Positions 34,679-46,077 of a stretch of 64,000 nt of DNA are shown in pieces; positions within the stretch are counted from its first letter, which is position 1; every line of letters begins with the position of its first letter. Made by a program: the position numbers and the translations under genes. A model generated the notes under the pieces. It was not told the DNA's origin and did no database searches. It saw only the letters and a list, made by a program, of their open reading frames with translations. Source of the DNA: Azolla caroliniana (taxonomy: Eukaryota; Plantae; Polypodiophyta); the NCBI GenBank assembly GCA_043228905.1, contig JBHGNT010000016.1:14632001-14696000 (forward strand), given 5' to 3'.

Positions 34679-37600
34679 CCAACACGAACATGTCTTTTTG
34701 CCAAATGTTGTTCAACTCTTGACGGAGTTGAAGCTTTCGGGCGGTCGTGTTGGCAACGAACATTTTCTTTAAGTTCTCCCACGCCTCTTTGGGCGTCTTG
34801 GCGTCTCGAATGTGGCTAAGCATGTGGTCGTGGACACATGTTGCCAAGCAATATGTGACTCTAGTCACTACTTGCTCCCATGAGTAGTCGGTGTTCTTTG
34901 GGTCAAGTCGATTTTCTTGAGCGTCGTTGATGTAGCTCCAATACCCTTGGTCGACAAGGTGTTGGTTCATCTTGTACTCCCAAGATGAATAATTGCTCCG
35001 GTGTAGCTTTTCACTAGGGAGCGAGCTACCCATTTGTGTGTTCATTTTGATGTAGTGTCTTCCATTTTGCTTTTCTTCCTTCGATCACGTACTCGTGCTA
35101 TGTGGCGGCACTACAATAGCGGATAGCCGGAATTTGTCGTCGGCGTTTCTAACACACAATTATGAAGAGGTGGATGTGCTAAACCACACACTTTGATACC
35201 ATGTTAAGAATTAGGTAAGTAATTAAGCAAGGGTTAATTAGTACCTAATTATGTGATTAGTTTATAAGCAGAAGCTTAAGTGATATGTGTGTGTATGTGT
35301 GTGAGAGGAAGAGAGAGAGAGAGAGAGAGAGATACACTTATAAACAACACAAGATGGGGGATGAGTAACTATATTAAATTAGCATTATCATCATCAAATA
35401 CAAAAATACCCACAATGAGGTATATATAGATCTCATGTGCAAGGGTGCACATGTGTGAGGAGAATATAGGTACAAGGGTGTAAGTCCTATATTAAATGTA
35501 CTTGGGAGTGGAGGATCTACAATATCCCACTTAAGTACAAGGTCTTATTTAAGGCGTTATAGTCAACACTTCTAACTAGATCTATCTAGATAACTACGAA
35601 GTTACATGGTTGACTAACTAACTAAACTAAGTTGAGCTTGATCTCTCAACATTGTGTCTATCTTCTACGTTCCTTCTTCTTCTTGTTGCATATCTGTGTT
35701 GTTTGATGTACACATCTTACCTTGATGGTCCTTATCATATTCCTCATCTAACATATATCAAAAATATGTACTCATGAAAACACATGGCTACATAAGGTCA
35801 GTTGGGACCCTTTCCAATGGACGTGGCACAATCCTTATGTAAGGCAAAGAAGCAAAATCGTCCCTTTCTTCCAATTCACGACTAGACTGGATCACCACAT
35901 TCTAGCCACTCAAATTGCCTGCAAGTCTACAATTGCAAAGGTATGGCACACATATCATGCTCCTCATACAATTATCATGAAAGTTTGGCAGAACATTTGG
36001 AAACAACAACACACTAGGCAAATTACCACGTTCTAATGGCTATTAATAAATAAGTCACTAACGGTTAGAGCGTGGCAGTGTGGGAACCTTACCTCTCTTA
36101 ACTGTGTAGGATGCCCAAATGCAACGGAATCAATCTGACACACTCTTTGGGATTGCCTAGAGACTCATCAATATGGCGGGGGGTTGGCCGCCTTTTGCAA
36201 TTATGCCAAGTGCAAGGCACAATCAAGAGGGGAAATGTATGTTGGTTATCGTGGCAGGTCCCAGTTGATAGATATGAACATCGGGAGGGGATGACTTTGG
36301 TGATAAAAGCATAAGAGGTTTTTTTTTCCACCATCGACAATATCCACTCAACTCCTATCAATGTCAAATCTCAAGTTGTCCTGGAATTGGTCAGCCCAAT
36401 AACTCTTTGGATTCTATGGAAACAACGATGTAGACGAGTTTTCTCCAACTAAATCGTGCATGCAATAACGTTAATACAGGAGATATGGAGTGAATTTGTA
36501 GCTACTCTAAAGAGGCAACATGATGGCCTCACAGGTGGATTCGATGGAGTTGAAAGACAACGACTAGCCTTCATCTAACAATGGTCGTCCTCTCCCTTTC
36601 TTGAGTCAGCGGGCATCCATATAAGATGAAATTATCGTGTTCCTACAGGGATCTGTATATAACAATCTCATTTGTAAATTTATATAACTAATGGAAGGAT
36701 TTTTTTGGGAAAAAAAATAAAAAATTATTGCCATAATATTGGTTACTGTTTATTTATTAGGTTCTATTTTATTTTATTACTGTTATTATGATTATTGATA
36801 TTGTTCGTGTAATTTAGTTATAATTAATATTTAATTATTCTTATGGTTTATTTTATTTCACTAATTAAATAAATTAATTGTTTATTTACTTATTTATTTT
36901 CTTTACCTTTTATGTATCTATTTATTTTATATTTGTTCATTTATTTGCTTATTTATTTTTACTATTTTATCTAATATTATTATTATTACTATTTAGTTAT
37001 TATTATGTGTTGTCGTTGTTGACAGACACAAAGGGTCGAACGTCTTAATCATTAAGATGTTCTATCAAGAGGATTGTGATTGGAGATGGAATGTTGGGAA
37101 CTCTGCCTACTGATTTCTCAGAACATTACACATATACTAATTTACTCTACTTCATTAAAACGATTATGAGATACTATCTTGATCGACTGTTAGTTCTATA
37201 AATAATCTACATAATAGAGATAACGATTAAAGCATTCGACACAACATATACTCTAACTACGCAAAATTATATTACTATAACCAAAATAGATTGATGTTGA
37301 TACAATGCACTCGGTCCTTTTTAATAGTCGACCTGAGAGACTCTTCCAAAATATACACTTGCCATTCGGCAAGAAACTACAATTACACTAACTGTTCTAT
37401 TTTCTTAACTATTCTATTGTCCTACTTGGCAAAAATATTACTTCGGCTACTTCCTTTCACATTAGTCTTTTACGCTCATTGATTTTCGGTGCAACTTCTC
37501 AACAAACGACGACTACGTCGCCTTTTGTCGTTGTCGATATTGCACGCCCTCTTGATTTGTAACCCTTGAGCTCTCTCTATATGTCAACAACACCTCCACC

Positions 37601-38669
37601 TTTTATCTCCCTCGTCTACTTCCACACCCACCTACCCCAAGGATGGTCAAGTGTAGTTGTCAACTCCTTTATAGACCCTACCCGTCTTGGCATCTCCCAT
37701 GGTTTGATAGCTAATAGTTTCGAAAATGGTTCACGATCCACCCCTGGGACGGCCCCATCACTTCCACAAAGTTGGTTGTGGTCAAATTAAGCAAAGGTTC
37801 ACAACCCTACGCTTCAATTGGCCAATCTTTACAAGCTCAAGCAATAAAAAACGAACAAAAGTTGGGATGCTCCAAGTAATGTGACGTTACATTCGCACCT
37901 ACCTTGAGTAAAACAACAACACCTTCCCGATTTGCCAACCACATTATCTCTACCTGGCTAGACAGCAAATTCAAGGAGTTCCTCACAAACACCAACCAAA
38001 TGCAAGATATCTTACTTCCCCCCATCAACATCCAACACCTTTGATCCCACCCATGTCCACAATGTCCTCTCAAACTATTGTACCTCCATTGGTAGCACTA
38101 TCTAAAGGGTAGTAGATGGCAGTACATTCATGCTCTACACTCCAAAGCAACAACTAATATAATGCAAATAACAAGATTTAATCATACATGTAAGCTTTTT
38201 GGCCATTCACATGTGAGAGAGAGATAGAAATTTTGTAATAGTTTCAGATGTCAAATATGAGCCACAATACCAAAAATGAAGCATTTTTGAGAATTTTACA
38301 AATGAGTGTTGTAATTGACCATGAGATTGTGAATGAGAAAAAGAGGAGGAAAAAAGATAAATTGGATCATATCAGTCCCCCTAATAACTATTTTCAAGCA
38401 CACTTTAACACATATTTTCAAAATATAAGGGTTGTTCGATGAGAAAGCACGCACAAACTCGAGCCGTAGGTAAGTTGTATACAAACGCTTCATGGTCTTC
38501 TCTTTATTCAAAACGAGATAACACCTGTAAGCACACCACCCCTTACTCTTTTCCCCAATCACCAAGTGAAATGATCATACCCTCATGTAGGGGCAAGGGA
38601 TTGTTTGTCTCTATCCTTTATTCAATAAACTTAATGTCTATGACGGTCCATAACATAAATCAGGCTTTA

Positions 38670-40694
38670 CTATTCCCAAGTCCATCTCGAATAAATCCAC
38701 CACAACATGTTGGACAAGGAGTTGCCATCATCATGTCCCGATAAAGCATTCACATTTCTCAAGGCTTCTTCCGGTGCATAGAGTGCTTGCAGAGCATAGA
38801 CAAAACCTTTCCAACCGTCTCCTACACCAGGCCTACTAAGTGATGATTGTACCCACTCAACAAGCTCCTTTGCAAATCCAATATCCTGAAAGAGAATTTC
38901 AGTAATGGGAAGGATGGGCAAAACTTGGATGCCAAGCCGTTTTTCCCTCCACTCCGATGGTGCAAACCAAAGGCCAGTGTCCCTTTTATTAGCCCATAAA
39001 ACTTCAACCATGCGATGTTTGGACACAAAGTTTCCTTCATAGAGTGTGCTATCTGATGGTATATGCCAAAGAGCACGAGCAGCTCGAATCTCAAGGGCCG
39101 CGAGTGTAAGTCCTGCATTGACTAGGCTACTATCTCCAAAGGCTAGTCCTAGAAGGGCAGCCGAATAGTAAGCATTCACGGCTTCACTTGTACTCTCTTG
39201 GTTTCGTCCATCGACAAATTCAGTTAAACCACCTGCCCATGAATGAAGCACCCAAAAGTCAAAATTCCGAAACCTTGGGAAAAGCGCTCGACTTCGAGAA
39301 ACCATCGTATGATGGTGATGAGTATGTTGACCATGACCATGTAAATGTACATGGTGATTGTGATTGTGATGATGAAAAGTCATGTAATCCTCTACCATTG
39401 TATAAAGATGGGCCTTGTATGTCATTCCCCATTTAGGATCTAATTTTGACAACACTGCCCCAGCATAGCAGAAATATCCCAAATGGTAATGATGATCATT
39501 GTATAATCCAAAACCAAAGTCTGCCGCACCGTTTCTTGAACCATTCCGGCTTGTCAATCCACCCCATTTCTCATCATAAAGAAAAGCATTGGCATCAAAC
39601 CTTCCATCCATCCATGGCGTAAGAGAATCTATAAGAAAATGTCTGATCATTTTCAAAAGATCGAGAGCCCCTACCTCCTCCGCTATTAAGGCCATTCTCG
39701 CAGCACGGGCTACAGCTTTTCCATAGAAGTAGCTACTGTCGGTAGTTATCTTTGTCAATTCATGAACCTCCTTCCTAAGGACTTCAGCAACTGTATTCTG
39801 GTGTACTTGATCAGATATGCCTTTGGATGAATACCATCCGACAGATATAGGGATCTCATTCAACACCCAAGAATCACCCACAACCCCATGCATATCGCCA
39901 TCCATACTCTTGTATGCAAGAGCTCGAAGTGTCTTGTCAGAAGATGGTGAAGACATAATATCTCTGTGCATGGGAAGGCTAAGCATCAACAGTCCCCCCC
40001 AACCAAGTTTCTTCCATTCATAAGTTAACTGAAACGAAGCAGACATAGCCGCATGTCCCTCGATCGGATAGGCTGAACTGAATCGGTCCAAAATTGCTTC
40101 AGATTCAGTATTACTTGGGAGCAATGCCACTCTTATAACCCCTTTGAAAGCACGGGTCACGTGAAGATTTTGTGACAATGCAAGCGGCTCGGAGCTATAA
40201 ATAAGCCATGTTTGTCCATTGTTGAACACGAGCCTATGCTTCGTGCAATCCTCATTTGGCAGAAGCTGCAGCACCGCATGTATGGTGGAGAATTGAGGGA
40301 TTGAGGAATCGCTGAAAACAAATGTAATATAGGGGCATCCTCTCACCAAGGGGACAGCCACACCACTTCGGAATTCGAGAGTAACACTGAGATCATCAAA
40401 GCGTGACACCAGATGCTTATCACTGCTAGTTCGAACCGTGAGATCGGGGACGAAAGCTTGATAAATATAGTTAGGTTCAGCGAACCGAGAGGGGTAACTT
40501 ATGGAAAGGGCACCATCTTCGGCCTTGATTAGATATGGGTGTATGTACTCTGGAGCCGATCCTTGGTTCAATATAAAGTTAAGCCAAAAAGCATTTGTTG
40601 GTAGCGGATTTTGTCTAAGAGATGGTGCCAAAAGATCAGATGGATCTGGTGCAGCCGGGTTATCTGTAGTTGGGAAAGGTTGGGGAAGCAACAT
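38670..40694 (-). CDS. Glycoside hydrolase family 81 endo-1,3(4)-beta-glucanase (beta-glucan-binding protein-like), 674 aa, single coding exon
   Basis: Motifs PLPTNAFW, PLVRGCPYIT, YFYGKA, DFGFGLYNDHHYHLGY and HSWAGGLTEFVDGRNQESTSEAVNAYY. First ATG is at 40694, just after a splice acceptor; the ORF-track start at 40730 is a TTG inside the intron. Confidence 0.95.
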   Translation of the reverse strand: MLLPQPFPTTDNPAAPDPSDLLAPSLRQNPLPTNAFWLNFILNQGSAPEYIHPYLIKAEDGALSISYPSRFAEPNYIYQAFVPDLTVRTSSDKHLVSRFDDLSVTLEFRSGVAVPLVRGCPYITFVFSDSSIPQFSTIHAVLQLLPNEDCTKHRLVFNNGQTWLIYSSEPLALSQNLHVTRAFKGVIRVALLPSNTESEAILDRFSSAYPIEGHAAMSASFQLTYEWKKLGWGGLLMLSLPMHRDIMSSPSSDKTLRALAYKSMDGDMHGVVGDSWVLNEIPISVGWYSSKGISDQVHQNTVAEVLRKEVHELTKITTDSSYFYGKAVARAARMALIAEEVGALDLLKMIRHFLIDSLTPWMDGRFDANAFLYDEKWGGLTSRNGSRNGAADFGFGLYNDHHYHLGYFCYAGAVLSKLDPKWGMTYKAHLYTMVEDYMTFHHHNHNHHVHLHGHGQHTHHHHTMVSRSRALFPRFRNFDFWVLHSWAGGLTEFVDGRNQESTSEAVNAYYSAALLGLAFGDSSLVNAGLTLAALEIRAARALWHIPSDSTLYEGNFVSKHRMVEVLWANKRDTGLWFAPSEWREKRLGIQVLPILPITEILFQDIGFAKELVEWVQSSLSRPGVGDGWKGFVYALQALYAPEEALRNVNALSGHDDGNSLSNMLWWIYSRWTWE

Positions 40695-40720
40695 TGATTC
40701 ACTACTGCTGCAATGTTTGT

Positions 40721-41341
40721 CTGTCAACAAGGAAGATGTAATTAATAAGCAAAAGTCATAATATATGTAGCATTTTTGGTGAAAATCAAATCAAATTCCA
40801 GTTAGATCTTTTTTGTACATCGCTTAGATCAAATACAAAATGGTGTTGGTTTCAAACATCATCTTAGATTGATTAAAAGAATTCACCTTAGATAGACCAA
40901 ATAATAATAAAAAGATATGTTATTTTCGAACACCATCACAGATTAAATGAAACAAGAAGATCATGTTATTTCAGAACATTATCTTAGATCAAGCCGCAAA
41001 AAATAACTCGTCTTATTTTCAAGCATCATCTAAGATCGAATAAAACAAATCATGTTAATTTCAAGCATTATCTTAGGTAAAATCAAAGTAACTATAGAAT
41101 GGGCAAAAGGAAACCCATTAAATGTGTATATGTATAGCATCCAATTCATGGAAATCATAGGCACTTCACTCAAAACACAAAGCCATTCATTCCCGTTAGC
41201 TTAACAGATTGTGACGAAAGGCAGAGAACAAAACAAATGTAGAAAATTGGAAGAAGAAGAAGAAGAAGAAGAAGAAAAACTATGCCTACTTGCATCAAAA
41301 CAGACAGACAGAGATGAGAGAGGAGCGAATGGAGAGCTTAC
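40721..41341 (-). other. Probable 5' UTR intron of the GH81 gene
   Basis: Minus-strand donor A|GTAAGC at 41341, acceptor TTGACAG at 40721, T-rich body. A second small intron is possible at 41590-41672. Confidence 0.55.
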
Positions 41342-42169
41342 TCTTGTTTACATGAGGAAGAAAAGAAAAGCAAGCTTCTGTCCCCGGAGAGGGAGGGATT
41401 CAAGACCACGTTGCTCTTATGTATGTACTTTGTTTTGCCCCACATGCCCATAGGTTTGTTGCTCCATTCCATTGGAAAAGAACACCTTTTCAGCACTTCT
41501 TCTCTTTTGTCTAAAGTCGGATCGTGGATCGTGAGTGACTCCGAGACTTGGAAAAACAACTTTCCTTGGCTCTGGGAACTAAAAGAATTCTGAGTGCGTG
41601 TCGCGAACGGACATGATCGTCAACTCGTGTGTAAAGCCATGCTTTAATAAGGAGAAAGAAAGGGGAAACTCACTTGACATAGTTTTAAGACATAAAACGT
41701 GCAGTCTAGTGGATAGGATATAATATAAGAACATTGTAAACACAAATACGAAAATTGGAAAATTTCTAGAATCTCACAACCCATGTTGTTTTTATACATG
41801 CTAACCACATGGCATATATGGAGGCGGAGCATCCGCACCAAGTTATGGTCTTAAGTGCCTCTCTTCATGATATTTCACCCCGCCTTTTAAGTGTGTTATT
41901 CTCCAAAAACATCAATAGTTTACATATGCAACATTGTTCATTTACTAGAGTTTCAATATAACTACTTAAGCAAAGAAGTTGCTCATTTCTACTCGTGAGA
42001 ACTTTGAAATATGTGATTAGTTATGCCAAGTTGTAGCTACATACTATTTCAACATTTATAAAACATTGTTTGAATTTTCCCCCCCTCTATCTGCAATTCA
42101 ACAATGAAAGAATAATTTCTTCTTGCTTCATCACCCAAGACACAACTCTTTATAGGTACTCCTTACTAG

Positions 42170-42825
42170 TGTTGGGCAAAGTCCTAGGAATAGTGTCAAC
42201 GTTCCGGTTACATTGGGACTTTTACTGGCCAATGTGGGCGACAACCAGAATTGATTCCGGCCAGGTTCTCTGCCCAACCAGAATCTAGCCGGTTCCTATT
42301 TTTTGAACCGGCTATTTATATAGTTTGTGTAAAAATAAAGGTAGAAAAAAATACTTTCCCCCATTTCCCCCTCATTTTTTTTGTTTCAATTTCCCTCTCT
42401 TTCTGTTTTTTCTCTCTATGCATGTGTCTATATGCATTTTTCTTGCTCGCTGATCATTGCTCCTTCCTCATTGATCATTGCTCTTGAGTCCTTCCTCACT
42501 GATCGTTGCTCGTTAGTTGTTGCTCCTTCCTCATTGATCATTGCTCTTGAGTCCCCTCCTCACTGATCGTTGCTCCTTCCTCGTTGATCCTTCCTTGCGG
42601 CTCAAGGTGGGCGTCTTGTAGTTGTTGCTTCTCTAGAAGAGCTCAAGTTGGTCGTCTTGGAGTCTCTTGTTGTATTCCTTTCATATCATAGTGATTTAGC
42701 TTGGAGTCCCTCATAAGGTTTTCCACGTTAACATCCTCTGTCGCTTTGTCTCTGTGTGTGCAATATTCAGATTTTCCATCCTGTGCTTGAATCTCGGGTG
42801 AGGCCGAGACCCATTTTTCTCATCA
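42170..42825 (+). mobile_element. Putative solo Copia-type LTR with internal short tandem repeats
   Basis: TGTTGG..CATCA ends, TATA, GGTTTTCCACGT motif, tgatcattgctccttcctca repeats (42450-42595). No TSD seen. Confidence 0.4.
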
Positions 42826-44379
42826 AAGAGGCTATTATTGTAAATATCGTATAGTACTATTATTTAGTATTTTTAATCATGAAAATAATAATAATAAATA
42901 AATAAAGCAGAAAACTTTTCTTGGCATATATACTTCTTGGCACTACCACTTTTAAAACTATATATAGAAGCAAACACCATCATTAAAAATCATTTATAGC
43001 AAGTGGCTCTCGAAGACACCATTAAAACAAAAGATTCTATTCTTAAAAGATGTTTTTATCTCGAGACAAGGGCCACCTCTTCACCAATACAAAATCCTCT
43101 TCTTCTCATTTCCCTGACATAGAAAAGCTAAAAGAAGCACAAAACATAGCACATAGAACACATAGAGAACTCAAATTTTCCCACTCTTACGCAAAAAACA
43201 ATACTCTTACATCAGAAGACGAAGAAGAGATGTTGATCGAAGTATTTGAGCATTTGAGAGCCTAGCTACAGACAAATAGCTTGGGAGGTTTCTTATGAGT
43301 AGTAGATGCCCATCCTCATGTGCAGGATATGGAGGTTGCTACACAAATTAATGTCGACAAACTTACAAACAACCAAATCCTGAATCTAGAAAATGATGGA
43401 GCCACTGATATGGATGTAGTGGAGAAGCAGATACTCGACTCTTATTTTGGGGAATACTTGTCGTTGACCAAAGCATACAGGACTCAGGCAGTTCTTGATC
43501 TTTTTCCTCAGAGAAGTGGCCAAATTCTTGTAAGAGGTTGCTTGCATGAACCCAAAGACTTATTGTATGCTGAAAAACAAGGCGGCGTTTATTATAGCAA
43601 CATCCAAAGGGAATAAAATCGACTAGCAGTTCATCACAACAACAGCCCTTCAAGCACATTTGATGGCCATTACGAGAGGGGGAAAGTCATGATTCCGGAC
43701 ATTGCACAATGGCTGACCCTATTTTGCCCCATGTCGTTGCCCATACAGAGAAGTAAGGACCTAGAGAAGAAAGGGGCAGTCGTTCCAATGATTGTTGAAA
43801 CAATCAGCAAGAAGACAATTGTTACCAAGGCCACATGTGGAGTGGCAAGAACCACAAGCAATAGAGAGCCAACCAACCACAAGGGTTGAGGTAGAAAAAT
43901 TGAAGCAAAAACTTCAACACTCAATGATATACACAACAAGAATCGAGTCGACAAGGACAAGACCCGACTCTGACCCAACAACCCCATCCTCCCCAAGAGA
44001 CAAGTCGGTTGACTTCACATGAAGTCGGCAGAACACGAAAGTCGACATACAACACAAATGGTTGATCAAGATTTGACCATGAGAACAGAATCAGAGGCCA
44101 AATCGAACCAAGCAAAGAAGAAGTATAGAAAATTAATGAAGAAGCAACAAACTAATCAAGAAGAAGTCACGACCACCACACAAGCGTGGGAAGTTGAATA
44201 TCTGACTACACTAACACACGTCAAAGAAAAAGGAAAGTCCTCAACAGCAACTGCATAGGATGTTTTGACAATGCTAGATATCCTACCAGCAACCCATGAA
44301 TTTAAAGAGCTGACACACCTAGATCTACCTCATAGAGAAGAAGAGTGATGTCTTTAATTGTTTCCAGAACTTAAAGAGC

Positions 44380-46077
44380 TTGGTGGAATGCGAAACATAG
44401 AGGAAGATCAAGTGTTTGCAGTTGGATGGTGGAAAAGAATATTTTTCCAGCTAGTTCAACTATTATCTACAACAGATAGGAATTTAGCGTGAATTCAGTT
44501 GTACATATACACCAGAGTAGAACGACGTAGCCGAAAGAAGGAACCGATCAATCATGGAAGCGGCACGGGCAATGCTGGAAGAGAAGAGCATGCCTTAGTG
44601 GGCTGAAGTGGTTTAGATGATAGTATACATCCAGAATCAGATTGGAGAAAAGTGTTGAATACAGGTTTCCAATGGACGTATTCACATTGTCTCCTTTTGA
44701 ACACATTAGACTTAGTCTATTTATGTAAACAGTGAGAAGGGCAGTTGCCCTAAGTTAGTCACTATATAAACTGATTTTGTAACCTAGTTACAGGTTGGTT
44801 GCTCATTTTGTAAAAGTTGTAATAAACTCCGTTGACATTGTGCCTACTTGTCTCTTACTCTCTCTCTTGCGTACTAGCTATTTTATTTTCTGTCTTTGCT
44901 ACCATCAAAGCTATGATCTTGCATCCATTTACAATCTTATCTTAGAAGAGTGTTGATCTTGTTCCACATTAGAAGACGGCGTTCCCAACAAAAAGGTGCC
45001 AACACATGAGCTGTATTTTGCATGCAAGCCGAATTTGAAGCACCTAAGGGTATTCGATAACATTCCATATGTGCATGTGCCAGATGAGAAGTGGAAGAAG
45101 CTAGACACCAAGGTAGAAAAGTATATATTGGTTGACTACTGGCATGAGCAAAAAGGCTACACGTGTTACAATCCCCGGATGAAGCAAGTGCGAGTGAGTT
45201 GCGACGTCGTCTTCGACAAATCAAAGTCTTGGTATTCCCTTCCATCTCCAACTCCCGATGACCCCATACCGATTACTGAGGATGAGGCCAGTGAGGCCGA
45301 GATGATTCGGGAAGAAGAAGAGGAAGATGTTGGCACTCTAGAAGAGAGTCCAATTTCATTCCGGCTAAGTGGCCCAAATGAAGAGCTAGTTGGTATGACC
45401 AGATGAATGAAGAGTCGGTAGCAGTGAAGACTTGGTTGTGCACTCCCCGTGCAAGGAACTGAGGAGAGGGTACACACGCGAGAAAGGGAAGATGAAGATG
45501 TCGGAGTACGGCGGCATAGACAGAGGTGCATCAGCTCAAGGATAATCTGACACCAACCAAAGCGAAGACGGACCTCAAGAGTTGAGGTCGGATGCGGCCA
45601 AAAGGGCCTTGAAATCGGAAAATAGGAAGTTACGCTAATCCACTCGCCAAAATACCCCGATGATCTAGTACATATACAATGAATACATGGTGCAGCATTA
45701 TGCGTAGATGACAAAAGTGGCAGAAGTCCACGAGCCGGAGAGCTATGCGGAGGCATCGTAGGATGCCAGATGGCGATCAACCATGGAGGAAGAAATGCAG
45801 GCACTAGTTGCCAACAAGACATGGGATTTGTTTGACCCTCCCCGACATTGCAAACCGATCAGATGTAAATGAGTATACAAAGTGAAGTATAACGTTGACA
45901 GGGTCAACCGATACAATGCCCGATTACAGGCCAAGGGATGCACGCAGACCCACGACATGGACTATGAGGAGACCTTCGCACCGGTGGCGAAGATGGTGAT
46001 AGTCCGTGTGGTGTTGACGGTAGCAGCAACAAGCGGGTGGGATCTCCACCATATTGATGTTAAGAACGCGTTCCTTC
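44380..46077 (+). pseudogene. Copia fragment (B lineage): integrase C-terminus to RT start
   Basis: KHLRVFDNIPYVHVP, YEETFAPVAK and DVKNAFL; colinear with 5330-6665. Confidence 0.85.
44653..44990 (+). mobile_element. Solo LTR related to element M
   Basis: TG..CA ends, TSD AAAAG, blocks shared with 697-1008 (agtgagaagggcagttg..ctaagttagtc). Confidence 0.9.

Larger units (their letters stand above)
24843..35651 (-). mobile_element. Element I: Ty1/Copia of the B lineage, RT/RNaseH deleted, inserted in the 3' LTR of A
   Basis: LTRs at 24843-25293 and 35202-35651, TSD CTGTG/TTGTG, PBS at 35191-35201, PPT at 25294-25304. gag MGSSLPSEKLHRSNY, protease WFVDSGAS, integrase. Confidence 0.93.
1..35763 (+). 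mobile_element. Element A: degenerate Ty1/Copia retrotransposon hosting the nested cluster (5' end lies before the window)
   Basis: gag remnant, zinc knuckle CRKVGHNVSDC (~2440), protease WLLDSG (~2610), integrase, RT/RNaseH remnants (9000-10416) and 3' UTR resuming at 24292. PPT near 24661. The 3' LTR (24672-24842 plus 35657-35763) matches the LTR at 53787-54047. Confidence 0.85.

Noticed and set aside
36700-37010. Extremely AT-rich tract as a MITE or Helitron
   Set aside because: No TIRs, TSD or terminal hairpin/CTRR identified; treated as low complexity.
40695-40730. N-terminal 12 aa of the 686-aa ORF call
   Set aside because: Starts at a TTG overlapping a splice acceptor; the ATG at 40694 is more plausible.
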